Below the pieces are notes generated by a model that had not been told where the DNA came from, did no database searches, and saw only the letters and a program-made list of their open reading frames with translations. A program made the position numbers and the translations under genes. From a virus (taxonomy: Duplodnaviria > Caudoviricetes), in the IMG/VR virus record IMGVR_UViG_3300046820_001270, positions 256,001 to 320,000 of that record: DNA of 64,000 nt, one strand, 5' to 3'. Positions 29,177 to 38,788 of the stretch are shown here, in pieces; positions within the stretch are counted from its first letter, which is position 1, and every line of letters begins with the position of its first letter.

Positions 29177-30019
29177 ATGAGTACATTTGATGCAGTACTT
29201 GCACAGTACGAGAAAAACAAAAACGCCACAGGTGGCAACAACAACAAGATATCCTCTGAGGATAGATTAAAACGTTATTTCACAACCGTATTACAAAAAG
29301 GTTCTAAGGGTGAAGAAAGACGTATCCGTATTTTACCTACAAAAGATGGTTCTTCACCATTCGTAGAGGTAAAGTTTCACGAAGTTCAAGTGGACGGAAA
29401 ATGGGTAAAATTATATGACCCAGCACAAGAAGGAAAACGTTCTCCATTAAATGAGGTTTACGAAGGATTGATGATGAGTGGTGTGGATTCTGACAAAGAA
29501 TTGGCACGTAACTATCGTTCTCGTAAGTTTTATATCGTTAAAGTGATCGATCGTGATCATGAAGCGGATGGAGTTAAATTTTGGAGATTTAAACATAATC
29601 ACAAAGGTGATGGTGTTATTGATAAAATCTTCCCAATCTTCCGTAACAAAGGAGATGTTACCAATCCTGAAAATGGTCGTGATTTAATCTTGTCTTTAGC
29701 CTTAACAAAGGCGGGTACAGGTAAAGAGTACACAGTTATCAATTCAGTATTAAACGATGATCCAAGTCCACTACATACTGACGCAGACGTCGCAAAAACG
29801 TGGTTAGATGATGAGTTAACTTGGTCTGATGTTTACTCTAAGAAAGGTGAAGATTATTTAGAAATGGTTGCAAGAGGTGAAGTTCCACGTTGGGACACAG
29901 CAAGTAGCAAATGGGTTTCTAATTTGACAACAGAAGAAACTATCGGAGCGGTGAAGACTTCTACTCCTGTTGTTGATCCACAAGACGATGCAGATGTAGA
30001 TGGTGATTTACCATTCTAA
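29177..30019 (+). CDS. Single-stranded DNA-binding protein (T4 gp32-like)
   Basis: RIRILP...PF....HEV; KFYIVKVIDRD; GVKFWRF; GRDL; acidic tail DDADVDGDLPF; first gene of the recombination/replication cluster. Confidence 0.82.
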   Translation: MSTFDAVLAQYEKNKNATGGNNNKISSEDRLKRYFTTVLQKGSKGEERRIRILPTKDGSSPFVEVKFHEVQVDGKWVKLYDPAQEGKRSPLNEVYEGLMMSGVDSDKELARNYRSRKFYIVKVIDRDHEADGVKFWRFKHNHKGDGVIDKIFPIFRNKGDVTNPENGRDLILSLALTKAGTGKEYTVINSVLNDDPSPLHTDADVAKTWLDDELTWSDVYSKKGEDYLEMVARGEVPRWDTASSKWVSNLTTEETIGAVKTSTPVVDPQDDADVDGDLPF

Positions 30020-30073
30020 TTATTAACGGAGGGGTGGAGATAACGTCAGAAACCCCATTTTTAAAAACAAATT

Positions 30074-31054
30074 ATGGCAGGTATTAAAAAAACAGACTTT
30101 TCGGCAATTAAGAAGAAATTCTCTAAAGAAGCCGAGTACAAACCAGATCGTTTCTTCGATTTGGGTAATGCCTTCTTGGATGCATGTGGTATTCCGGGTC
30201 CTGCAATGGGTCACATCAATATGTTATTAGGACATAGCGATACGGGTAAAACAACCGCACTTGTAAAGTCGGCGGTAGATGCTCAAAAGAAAGGTGTTGT
30301 TCCTGTGTTTATTATTACTGAACAAAAATGGAGTTGGGATCATGCTGAATTAATGGGTTTTGATAGAAACGGAGATTATCTTTTCAATAGTGATTTTGAA
30401 TATATCGAACAAATTACAGAATATATCAATGAACTATTAGACGCACAAGAGAAAGGAGATTTACCTCACGATTTATTAATCTTATGGGATTCAGTAGGTT
30501 CAGTTCCATGTAAAATGACTTACGATGGTAAAGGTGGTAAACAACACAATGCGTCGGTTTTAGCTGACAAAATTGGAATGGGTATCAACCAACGTATTTC
30601 AGGTTCAAGAAGAACAGATAAACCTTATACGAACTCTTTAATCATTGTTAACCAACCTTGGGTAGAATTACCTGACAATCCTTTCGGACAACCGAAAATT
30701 AAAGCAAAAGGTGGAGAAGCAATTTGGTTAAACTCAAGTATCGTATTCTTATTTGGTAATCAAAAAGGAGCGGGAACAACGAAAATCTCTATCACAAAAG
30801 ATAAGAGAAAAGTAAAAATTGCAACAAGAACAAAAATCTCTATCATGAAAAACCACATCAATGGTTTGGGATATGAAGACGGACGTATCTTGGTTACATC
30901 ACACGGATTTATGCCAGGTAGAGAAGATTCTGAAGAGAAGAAATCTATCGAGGATTATAAAAAAGAAAGTGGTGATTACATCAGTAAGATGTTAGGTGTT
31001 AATGTTACAGACATCACAGACGTAGAAGTTGTAACAGAAGAAAGTGATCTTTAA
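30074..31054 (+). CDS. recA: RecA/UvsX-like recombinase
   Basis: Walker A GHSDTGKT, Walker B LILWDSVG, IIVNQ, GGEAIW, KNHING. Confidence 0.9.
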   Translation: MAGIKKTDFSAIKKKFSKEAEYKPDRFFDLGNAFLDACGIPGPAMGHINMLLGHSDTGKTTALVKSAVDAQKKGVVPVFIITEQKWSWDHAELMGFDRNGDYLFNSDFEYIEQITEYINELLDAQEKGDLPHDLLILWDSVGSVPCKMTYDGKGGKQHNASVLADKIGMGINQRISGSRRTDKPYTNSLIIVNQPWVELPDNPFGQPKIKAKGGEAIWLNSSIVFLFGNQKGAGTTKISITKDKRKVKIATRTKISIMKNHINGLGYEDGRILVTSHGFMPGREDSEEKKSIEDYKKESGDYISKMLGVNVTDITDVEVVTEESDL

Positions 31055-31063
31055 ATTTAACAA

Positions 31064-32098
31064 ATGTCGGTTTTACTTGTTGATGGGGATAATCTATTAA
31101 CTATTGGTTATTACGGAGCGAAGAATGTGTTTTACAAGGGAACTCACATCGGTGGTATCTACCACTTTCTAAACACCCTAAGAAGATCTTTTGAGGAATA
31201 CCAATTAGACAAGATTGTTGTTTTTTGGGACGGACTTGAGGGTTCACAAACCAGAAGAAAGATATATTCTCACTACAAGGAAAATAGAAGACAAAGAGTT
31301 AGAACAGAAGAAGATTTACAATCTTACTTATATCAGAGAGATAGAATTAAACAATATCTTGAAGAACTATATGTAAGACAAGGGGAATTTGAGTATTGTG
31401 AGACTGATGACAACATCGCTTACTATACTCAAAACTCACCCGAAGAAAGAAAAATTATTTATTCATCAGACGGGGATTTAACTCAACTCGTTTCAGAAAA
31501 CACACAAGTTTACAATCCTTCACACAGGAAATTATATTCACAGAACGATATAATCATTTACGATCACGAAGAAATCCTCATAGAGAATGTTCGTTTGGTT
31601 AAAATGATATGTGGAGACTCATCAGATAACATTGCGGGAATAAGAGGAATGGGACTTAAAAGATTATTGTCTTTGATCCCTGAACTAAGAAATCAACCAA
31701 TTACAGTTGATCAGGTTAAAGATAGATGTAACATATTATTTGAACAAGACAAACACAATAAGTTAATTGCTAATTTATTGACAGGTGTTACAAAACACGG
31801 AGTACTTGGTGAGGAATTCTTCGACGTAAACCAAAGGATAGTAAGTTTGGACGAACCGTTTTTAACAACTGAAGCAAAAGAGACAATAGACCTACTGATT
31901 AGTGAACCATTAGACCAAGAGGGTAGATCATATAAAAACGCGATGAAGATGATGCAAGAAGACGGACTCTTCAACGTACTACCAAAATCGGAAGATGCTT
32001 GGATAAATTTTTTAAATCCTTTTCTAAGATTAACAAGAAAAGAAAAAAATATAAACAACAATATAAAAAAAACAATTAAAGTAAGACCTTATGAGTAG
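31064..32098 (+). CDS. 5'-3' exonuclease / flap endonuclease (T4 RNase H, PolI N-terminal-like)
   Basis: DGDNLL, VVFWDG, ETDD, SSDGDLTQL, GDSSDNIAGIRGMGLK. Confidence 0.92.
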   Translation: MSVLLVDGDNLLTIGYYGAKNVFYKGTHIGGIYHFLNTLRRSFEEYQLDKIVVFWDGLEGSQTRRKIYSHYKENRRQRVRTEEDLQSYLYQRDRIKQYLEELYVRQGEFEYCETDDNIAYYTQNSPEERKIIYSSDGDLTQLVSENTQVYNPSHRKLYSQNDIIIYDHEEILIENVRLVKMICGDSSDNIAGIRGMGLKRLLSLIPELRNQPITVDQVKDRCNILFEQDKHNKLIANLLTGVTKHGVLGEEFFDVNQRIVSLDEPFLTTEAKETIDLLISEPLDQEGRSYKNAMKMMQEDGLFNVLPKSEDAWINFLNPFLRLTRKEKNINNNIKKTIKVRPYE

Positions 32099-32549
32099 AG
32101 ATTACCAAAACCAAGACAACATAACAAAATTTGAATTTTTGTTGTCATTAGAAGGACATATCGTATGTCAAAGATTTTTTAACGTTAGAGATCATGTTGA
32201 TCAGGCTAGACGTTCTATGGATCTTCACTATTATGTAAAAAATATTTGTGAGGATTTTATGGAAGATTTGAAAATAAAAAGTTCCAACTACCTATGTGAG
32301 AATCAAAACTATATTCTTCATTCGGAGGTTGTGGACGAGTCGGCAATTTCAGAAAAAGAGTATTTTTTGTTGGAAATTAAGTTAGGTGAGGATGTATTTA
32401 TTCAAAGACAATTCCCCGCATATCTTTACCATCCAAAGGCAAGATACACGGTGGATATCCGTCCAAGATTGAAGATAATTTTGTCAGATTTAACAGACAT
32501 TTTGTCTTCGGAAGAATTGGAAACAAGTTATTTAGGATACGAATTATAA
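32091..32549 (+). CDS. Hypothetical protein in the replication operon (152 aa)
   Basis: Overlaps the upstream stop; no motif recognised. Confidence 0.7.
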   Translation: MSRDYQNQDNITKFEFLLSLEGHIVCQRFFNVRDHVDQARRSMDLHYYVKNICEDFMEDLKIKSSNYLCENQNYILHSEVVDESAISEKEYFLLEIKLGEDVFIQRQFPAYLYHPKARYTVDIRPRLKIILSDLTDILSSEELETSYLGYEL

Positions 32550-32574
32550 GAAAAAACAATATATAATAAACACT

Positions 32575-33951
32575 ATGGAAGAAAGGAATTTTGGGTATTT
32601 GGGATTTTCGTTTCAACAGTCCCTTATCAAAGCAATTATTGAAGATAAGAAGTACGGAGAAACAATTATTGATGTATTAGAGAGTAAGTTTTTTGATAAT
32701 AACTCATTTAGATTTATTATGGAAAACACAAAGGAGTTGTATAAGAATTACAACAAAATCCCTGATTACAATACATTGGCACAGAAAATCATGGCAGAAG
32801 GTGGGAACAAAGATTCATCTAAAATTCACGTAGATACATTAGAAGCAATTAAAAATAATGAGTCTCAAATTGAATATGTAAAAGACACAGCACTTAATTT
32901 CTGTAAACAACAAAACTTGAAAAGAGAGTTGAAAAGTGTACAGAGCATTATTGAAAGTGGTGAGTTTGAGGCTTACAATAAGATTGAGGAAATCATTCAA
33001 AAAGCATTACAAGTTGGTATTTCCAATGATGAAGCAACGGATGTGTTCCATGATATCGACGGAGCATTAGAAAAGGACTTTAGACACCCATTACCGACAG
33101 GTATTGTGGGAATCGACAACTTACTTAAGGGTGGGTTAGGAATCGGAGAATTGGGGGTTGTATTAGCTCCTACTGGTACTGGTAAGACTACCTTACTTAC
33201 TAAGTTTGCTAACACCGCATATAACTTAGGTTATAACGTTGTACAAATTTTCTTTGAGGACAATCCAGGTAATATTAAAAGAAAACACTATACGATTTGG
33301 ACTGAAATTGCTCCTGACTCTCAACCTGAATTTAAGGATGAAGTTAAAGCTAAAGTAGAAGAGGCTCAAGCTAAATCTAAAGGTAGTTTGAAGTTATTAA
33401 AATTGGCAAGTGATAATGTTACTGTTTCTGAAATTAAAAATAAAATCAGAAAGATGAACTCAGAGGGTGGAAAAAAAGTAGACCTATTGGTATTAGATTA
33501 TGTTGATTGTGTATCAACTGATAAATCAACTAATGGTGAAGAATGGAAAGGTGAAGGTTCTGTAATGAGAAGTTTAGAGTCTATGACATCTGAATTTCAA
33601 ATGGCAATATGGACCGCAACACAAGGTAATCGTGAATCAATTTCATCAGAAGTTGTAACAGGAGACCAAATGGGAGGTTCAATTAAGAAAGCACAAATTG
33701 CTCACGTTATATTATCTATTGGTAAAACATTAGAACAAAAAGAACATAATTTGGCAACACTTACGTTATTAAAATCACGTATAGGTAGAGATGGTGTTGT
33801 TTTCCAAAACTGTAAATTCAATAACGAGTTCCTCCTTATTGATACAGAGTCTCAAAATACTTTATTGGGACATGAAGAGCAAAAGGTTCAAATAAACGCT
33901 AACAGAGCCGCCGAGGCGTTTAAGAGGAGACAACAAGTGGCGAGTAAGTAA
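32575..33951 (+). CDS. dnaB: Replicative DnaB-like helicase (T4 gp41-like)
   Basis: Walker A APTGTGKT, IFFED, VLDYVD, WTATQGNR, KSRIG. Confidence 0.92.
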   Translation: MEERNFGYLGFSFQQSLIKAIIEDKKYGETIIDVLESKFFDNNSFRFIMENTKELYKNYNKIPDYNTLAQKIMAEGGNKDSSKIHVDTLEAIKNNESQIEYVKDTALNFCKQQNLKRELKSVQSIIESGEFEAYNKIEEIIQKALQVGISNDEATDVFHDIDGALEKDFRHPLPTGIVGIDNLLKGGLGIGELGVVLAPTGTGKTTLLTKFANTAYNLGYNVVQIFFEDNPGNIKRKHYTIWTEIAPDSQPEFKDEVKAKVEEAQAKSKGSLKLLKLASDNVTVSEIKNKIRKMNSEGGKKVDLLVLDYVDCVSTDKSTNGEEWKGEGSVMRSLESMTSEFQMAIWTATQGNRESISSEVVTGDQMGGSIKKAQIAHVILSIGKTLEQKEHNLATLTLLKSRIGRDGVVFQNCKFNNEFLLIDTESQNTLLGHEEQKVQINANRAAEAFKRRQQVASK

Positions 33952-33982
33952 TTAATAAACACAAAAAATAAAGAGAACACAA

Positions 33983-36244
33983 ATGCAGAAAGGTAAAAAA
34001 TTTCTGAGTGACTTGAAGTTACACTCAGATTATTTTAAATGGAAAGAAGATGAACAAAGGTACGAAACATGGGAAGACGCATGTGAGAACATAATTGACG
34101 GACACAGAAAAAAATATGTGGATTATGATGAGGCAATTGAACCATATTTACAATCTGCCGTTGAAAGTATGAAAGATCAAGCTGTATTAGCTTCACAAAG
34201 AAACTTACAATACAGACATGAACAAATCATGAAACATAACACGAGAATGTTTAACTGTACATCAGGACACATTGCTCGTAATAGAGTATTCCAAGAGATT
34301 TTCTATTTGGCATTATCTGGTTGTGGATTCGGAGGTGGATTATTAATCCCTTTCGTAAACAATTTAAGTAGAATCCAAAAGAGAACTTTAGGAACTAAAA
34401 CTTTTTATATTGAAGATTCAATTGAAGGTTGGGCAAATGCGTTAGGTGTATTATTATCATCTTATTTTGTTGATGAGCAACCATTTCCTGAATATGCTGG
34501 ATATGAAGTTAAATTAGATTATTCTTTAATTCGTGAGAAAGGTGCGTTCATTAGTGGTGGTTTTAAAGCACCTGGTCCTGAAGGTTTAAAACAATCTTTA
34601 GAAAAAATTGAAACGTTAATTGAAAAGTGGATTACAACAGAAGGAGATAAAATTCGTCCTATCTTGGCGTTTGACATTATTTGTCATTCGGCAGATGCTG
34701 TATTATCAGGTGGAGTTAGACGTTCAGCGTTAAACATGATTGTAGATCCTAATGATGATGAGATGATCCACGCTAAGACTGGTAATTGGAGAATGGAAAA
34801 CCCACAAAGAGGTAGAAGTAATAACTCAGTTTTATTATTAAGAAGTGAAGTTAAAAAAGAACAATTTAATTACTTAGTACAATTAAACGATGGAGCAAAT
34901 GATATTGGTTTTGTATTTGCCAATAGCTGGTTTGATATGTTTAACCCATGTTTTGAGATTTTAAAAATCCCTGTATTAGATACAATTGATTTTGGTAAAA
35001 TCAAATATGATGAAGTTGATCAATATGTTAAAGACAACAAATCTAAGTTTGGTATTCAAGGTTGTAACTTAACTGAAATCAACGCAGAGAAGGCAACAAC
35101 AAAAGAAAAGTTTTTAAAGGCTTGTAAAGACGCATCTTTCTTAGGTACATTACAAGCAGGTTATACTAACTTCCCTTATTTAGGTGAAACAAGTAAGGCA
35201 ATCTTCGAAAGAGAGGCTTTATTAGGTGTTAGTATTACCGGTTGGATGAATAACCCTAAATTATTTAATGCCGAATTATTAGAAGAAGGTGCACAAGTTG
35301 TAAAAGATGCTAATAAAGAATTAGCCGCAGTAATTGGTATTAATCAAGCAGCAAGAACTACATGTGTAAAACCATCAGGTAATGCCTCAGTTGTATTAGG
35401 AACTGCGTCAGGTATTCATCCTGAACACTCTGAAAAGTATTTCCGTATTATGCAATTGAACAAAGAAAGTAATACAGCAAAATGGTTAGAAGAAAATATG
35501 GCATTCTTATTAGAGGAAAGTGTATGGTCTTCAACTAAGTCAGATTACGTTGTATTTGTTCCTGTTGAAAATCCAAAAGTTGGTTTATTCAAAAAAGATA
35601 TGAAAGGTATTAAACACCTTGAATTAATTAAATTGGTTCAACAACATTGGGTAAATGCGGGTACCAATCCTGAATTATGTGCTTACATGCCTGTTAATCA
35701 TAATACGTCTTGTACGGTTATTATTGATGACAAAGATGCAATTGTTGACTACATTTGGGAACAAAGAGATTTCTTCACCGCAGTTAGTTTCATGTCAGAC
35801 TACGGAGACAAAGACTTCAATCAAGCACCGTTTACATCTGTATTAAATTTGGATGAAATTGTGGAAACATATGGTAAAGGTTCAATTTTAGCTTCAGGGT
35901 TAATTATTGATGGATTACATTATTTCCAAAATAACCTATGGTTAGCAACAGATACTTTATTAGACGATTCAATCCAAGTTACCGGAACAAGAGAACAAGT
36001 ATTATTAAAGAAATATTGGTTGTCAAGAGCGAAGAAATTTGCAAAGAATTATTTCAAGGGTGATTTGAAGAGGATGGTTTATTGTTTAAAAGACGTACAC
36101 TTATTCTATAAGTGGGAAACCATCACTCGTCAATTTAAAGAAGTTGATTTTGGTACCATTTTAGATAAACCACAATACAAGAACATTTCCGATTATGCGG
36201 CACAGGCTTGTAGTGGAGCACAATGTGATGTAACAAGTATCTAA
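33983..36244 (+). CDS. nrdJ: Class II (adenosylcobalamin-dependent) monomeric ribonucleotide reductase (RTPR type)
   Basis: FNC, GGVRRSA, NPCFE, CNLTEIN, TCVKPSG, AVSF...QAPF, C-terminal CSGAQC. No class I Tyr-Tyr pair and no beta-subunit gene nearby. Confidence 0.85.
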   Translation: MQKGKKFLSDLKLHSDYFKWKEDEQRYETWEDACENIIDGHRKKYVDYDEAIEPYLQSAVESMKDQAVLASQRNLQYRHEQIMKHNTRMFNCTSGHIARNRVFQEIFYLALSGCGFGGGLLIPFVNNLSRIQKRTLGTKTFYIEDSIEGWANALGVLLSSYFVDEQPFPEYAGYEVKLDYSLIREKGAFISGGFKAPGPEGLKQSLEKIETLIEKWITTEGDKIRPILAFDIICHSADAVLSGGVRRSALNMIVDPNDDEMIHAKTGNWRMENPQRGRSNNSVLLLRSEVKKEQFNYLVQLNDGANDIGFVFANSWFDMFNPCFEILKIPVLDTIDFGKIKYDEVDQYVKDNKSKFGIQGCNLTEINAEKATTKEKFLKACKDASFLGTLQAGYTNFPYLGETSKAIFEREALLGVSITGWMNNPKLFNAELLEEGAQVVKDANKELAAVIGINQAARTTCVKPSGNASVVLGTASGIHPEHSEKYFRIMQLNKESNTAKWLEENMAFLLEESVWSSTKSDYVVFVPVENPKVGLFKKDMKGIKHLELIKLVQQHWVNAGTNPELCAYMPVNHNTSCTVIIDDKDAIVDYIWEQRDFFTAVSFMSDYGDKDFNQAPFTSVLNLDEIVETYGKGSILASGLIIDGLHYFQNNLWLATDTLLDDSIQVTGTREQVLLKKYWLSRAKKFAKNYFKGDLKRMVYCLKDVHLFYKWETITRQFKEVDFGTILDKPQYKNISDYAAQACSGAQCDVTSI

Positions 36245-36417
36245 TGAAATTGGAGGAAGGAGTGGATTATTATATAGATGAGAAGTCGGGACTTATGGTC
36301 CTGACTTCTTTCTTTTTACAGAAGAGAGGGTATTGTTGTTCCAACGGGTGTGCAAATTGTCCGTATGACCCACCTCACATTATTAAAGGAAATTCAAAAT
36401 TAAAAGAGGATACATAA
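36244..36417 (+). CDS. DUF5522-like small Cys-rich protein (57 aa), not in the ORF track
   Basis: MKLEEGVDYYIDEKSGLMVLTSFFLQKRGYCCSNGCANCPYDPPHIIKGNSKLKEDT. The start overlaps the RNR stop (TAATG). Confidence 0.75.
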   Translation: MKLEEGVDYYIDEKSGLMVLTSFFLQKRGYCCSNGCANCPYDPPHIIKGNSKLKEDT

Positions 36418-36447
36418 CCATTTTGTGTTTGTTTATATTTATTGAAT

Positions 36448-36900
36448 ATGGCAGTAACATACGGTATCGATTATCCATTTAGAGACAGTCCTAAGGGAGA
36501 TTATTTGAATATGACAGAAATCCCCGAAAAAGAGATTAGAGCTAATCTAATACACCTTATTTTAACAAAGAAAGGTAGTAGGTATTATTTACCTGATTTC
36601 GGGACCAGAATATATGAGTATATTTTTGATCAAAATGATTTTGTGACATATAATTTAATTGAAGAAGAAATAAGAGAAGGTGTAAAGAAATTTATACCAA
36701 ATTTAGAAATAAACAATATATCTATTATGTCAGCGGAAGATGACCCAAATGAAAATAGAAGTATTTCACAAGATGAAGATCAAAGACTTTTTAGAGTTTC
36801 TGAATCGTCCAACAAACCTTACACTGCAGTTGTAAAAATAGAGTACAGTGTAAATAACGGATCATTCTCAACGTCCGATTTTATAATTTTAAACATATAA
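36448..36900 (+). CDS. Baseplate wedge subunit (T4 gp25 / GPW-like)
   Basis: IRANLIHLILTKKGSRYYLPDFGTRIYEYIFD. The ATG at 36448 is preferred over the TTG at 36442. Confidence 0.9.
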   Translation: MAVTYGIDYPFRDSPKGDYLNMTEIPEKEIRANLIHLILTKKGSRYYLPDFGTRIYEYIFDQNDFVTYNLIEEEIREGVKKFIPNLEINNISIMSAEDDPNENRSISQDEDQRLFRVSESSNKPYTAVVKIEYSVNNGSFSTSDFIILNI

Positions 36901-36901
36901 G

Positions 36902-38734
36902 ATGAGTAAACAAATATCATACGCAACAAGGGATTTTCAAGGATTAAGAAACGAATTAGTTAATTTAACTAAAGATTATTATCCTGACTTAGTTAAAAAC
37001 TTTAACGACGCATCAATTTATTCTGTATTATTGGATATTAACGCTGCGGTTGCCGATAATCTACACTTTCACATTGATAGGGTTTGGCAAGAAACAATGT
37101 TGGATTTTGCACAACAAAAACAATCATTGTTTCATATTGCTAAAACATATGGTTTAAGATTACCAGGAGTAAGACCTTCAGTTGCTTTATGTGATTTTTC
37201 AATTACGGTACCAACACAAGGAGATAAAGAAGATGTAAGATATTTGGGATTATTAAAAGGTGGTGCACAAGTTTCAGGTGGAGGACAAATATTTGAAACT
37301 ATCGACGATATCGATTTTTCAATTCCTTTTAATAAAAAAGGAGAACCGAACAGATTAAAAATACCAAATTTTGATGCAAATAATAAAGTTGCATCTTACA
37401 CTATTACAAAAAGAGAACCTGTTGTTAATGGTATAACTAAAATTTATAGAAGAGTTATTAATCAAATTGATCAAAAACCATTTTTAAAATTATATTTACC
37501 TGAACAGAATGTTTTAGGTGTTACATCTGTTATTCATAAGGACGGTACTAATTTTGGTAGTAATCCAACATCAAGTGAATTTAATAACGTTACTAATAAA
37601 TGGTATGAAGTTAAGTCATTAATGCAGGATAAAGTCTTCATTCCAGACCCAACTGCGGTTTCAGATAAAGATAATTTTACCGCGGGAACTTTTATTGATG
37701 TTAGTAATAAATTTGTTACGGAATATACACCAGAGGGTTATTTTTCATTAACTTTTGGATCAGGTACAGTTAATCCATTGGATAATTTGGATAACTATAT
37801 GACGGGACAATTAAAAGTTAATTTAGCTAGTTACCTTAATAATCTATCGTTAGGAACAACACCAAAACTTAACACTACTTTATTTGTAAAATATCGTGTT
37901 GGTGGAGGTAAAGATAGTAATTTAGGGGTAAATGTTATCACTAACGTTGATGATGTTGAATTTATAGTATCAGGACCGGTTTCAGCATTTAATACACAAA
38001 CAATAAATTCATTAAGAGTAAATAATGTTACACCTGCGGTTGGTGGTGCTGACGCTCCAACTATAGAAGAAATACGTAATATGGTTTCTTATAACTTTGC
38101 AGCACAAAATAGAGCGGTTACTCTAAACGATTATAAATCGTTGATTGAGACAATGCCGTCAACATACGGTGCTCCGGCAAAAGTTAATGTAATGGAAGAA
38201 GATAATAAGATTAGAGTTAAATTATTATCATATGACGATAAAGGTAATTTAACTGATACAGTTTCTAATACATTGAAAAACAATATATTATCTTATCTTT
38301 CAGAATATAAAATGATTAATGATTATATTGATATTGTAAGTGGAGAAGTGATTGACATGGGTTTACAAATTGATTTAAACATTGATAAAAATACCAATCA
38401 AACAGACATTATACAAACAGTAATCGAAGACGTTATTACATATTTTGATTATACTAAACGTAAAATGGGGGATCCATTATTTGTTGGAGCATTAAATAAA
38501 ATTATAGGTGGTGTTTCTGGAGTTGTAAATGTAATCGAAACTAGAGTTTATAATAAAATAGGAGGTGAATATTCATCTGCTCAAGTATCACAAGCGTATA
38601 AAGATAATACAACTAAAGAAATAGGTCAGTCCGATAATATCATCTTTATGAAGTCAAATCAAATTTTCCAAATTAGATTCCCAAATAAGGATATTCAGGT
38701 AAGGGTTAAAACATTAGGAACGGCTACATTTTAA
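36902..38734 (+). CDS. Baseplate wedge subunit (T4 gp6 / baseplate J-like)
   Basis: YATRDFQGLRNEL, FGSG, YRVGGG..SN, GGADAPTIEEIR, QNRAVTLNDY. Confidence 0.9.
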   Translation: MSKQISYATRDFQGLRNELVNLTKDYYPDLVKNFNDASIYSVLLDINAAVADNLHFHIDRVWQETMLDFAQQKQSLFHIAKTYGLRLPGVRPSVALCDFSITVPTQGDKEDVRYLGLLKGGAQVSGGGQIFETIDDIDFSIPFNKKGEPNRLKIPNFDANNKVASYTITKREPVVNGITKIYRRVINQIDQKPFLKLYLPEQNVLGVTSVIHKDGTNFGSNPTSSEFNNVTNKWYEVKSLMQDKVFIPDPTAVSDKDNFTAGTFIDVSNKFVTEYTPEGYFSLTFGSGTVNPLDNLDNYMTGQLKVNLASYLNNLSLGTTPKLNTTLFVKYRVGGGKDSNLGVNVITNVDDVEFIVSGPVSAFNTQTINSLRVNNVTPAVGGADAPTIEEIRNMVSYNFAAQNRAVTLNDYKSLIETMPSTYGAPAKVNVMEEDNKIRVKLLSYDDKGNLTDTVSNTLKNNILSYLSEYKMINDYIDIVSGEVIDMGLQIDLNIDKNTNQTDIIQTVIEDVITYFDYTKRKMGDPLFVGALNKIIGGVSGVVNVIETRVYNKIGGEYSSAQVSQAYKDNTTKEIGQSDNIIFMKSNQIFQIRFPNKDIQVRVKTLGTATF

Positions 38735-38788
38735 ATGTTTTTTTAGTTATAATAATAGAAAATCACATAGTTTCTATTTATTATAAGA

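Noticed and set aside
29882-29896. Second parS-like sequence GTTCCACGTTGGGAC
   Set aside because: Only one half-site matches, and it lies inside the SSB coding sequence (VPRWD).
30030-30062. Terminator between the SSB and RecA genes
   Set aside because: Only a 5-bp outer stem (ggggt/acccc) around a long, weakly paired loop. It could be an attenuator or processing site, but support is too weak.
1762-36244. Inteins or group I introns in polB, dnaB, recA or the RNR
   Set aside because: The ORFs are continuous and of normal size, and no intein splice-junction or homing-endonuclease motifs were seen.
33983-36244. Class I RNR alpha subunit
   Set aside because: No C-terminal Tyr-Tyr radical-transfer pair and no adjacent beta subunit. 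The SF...QAP motif favours monomeric class II.
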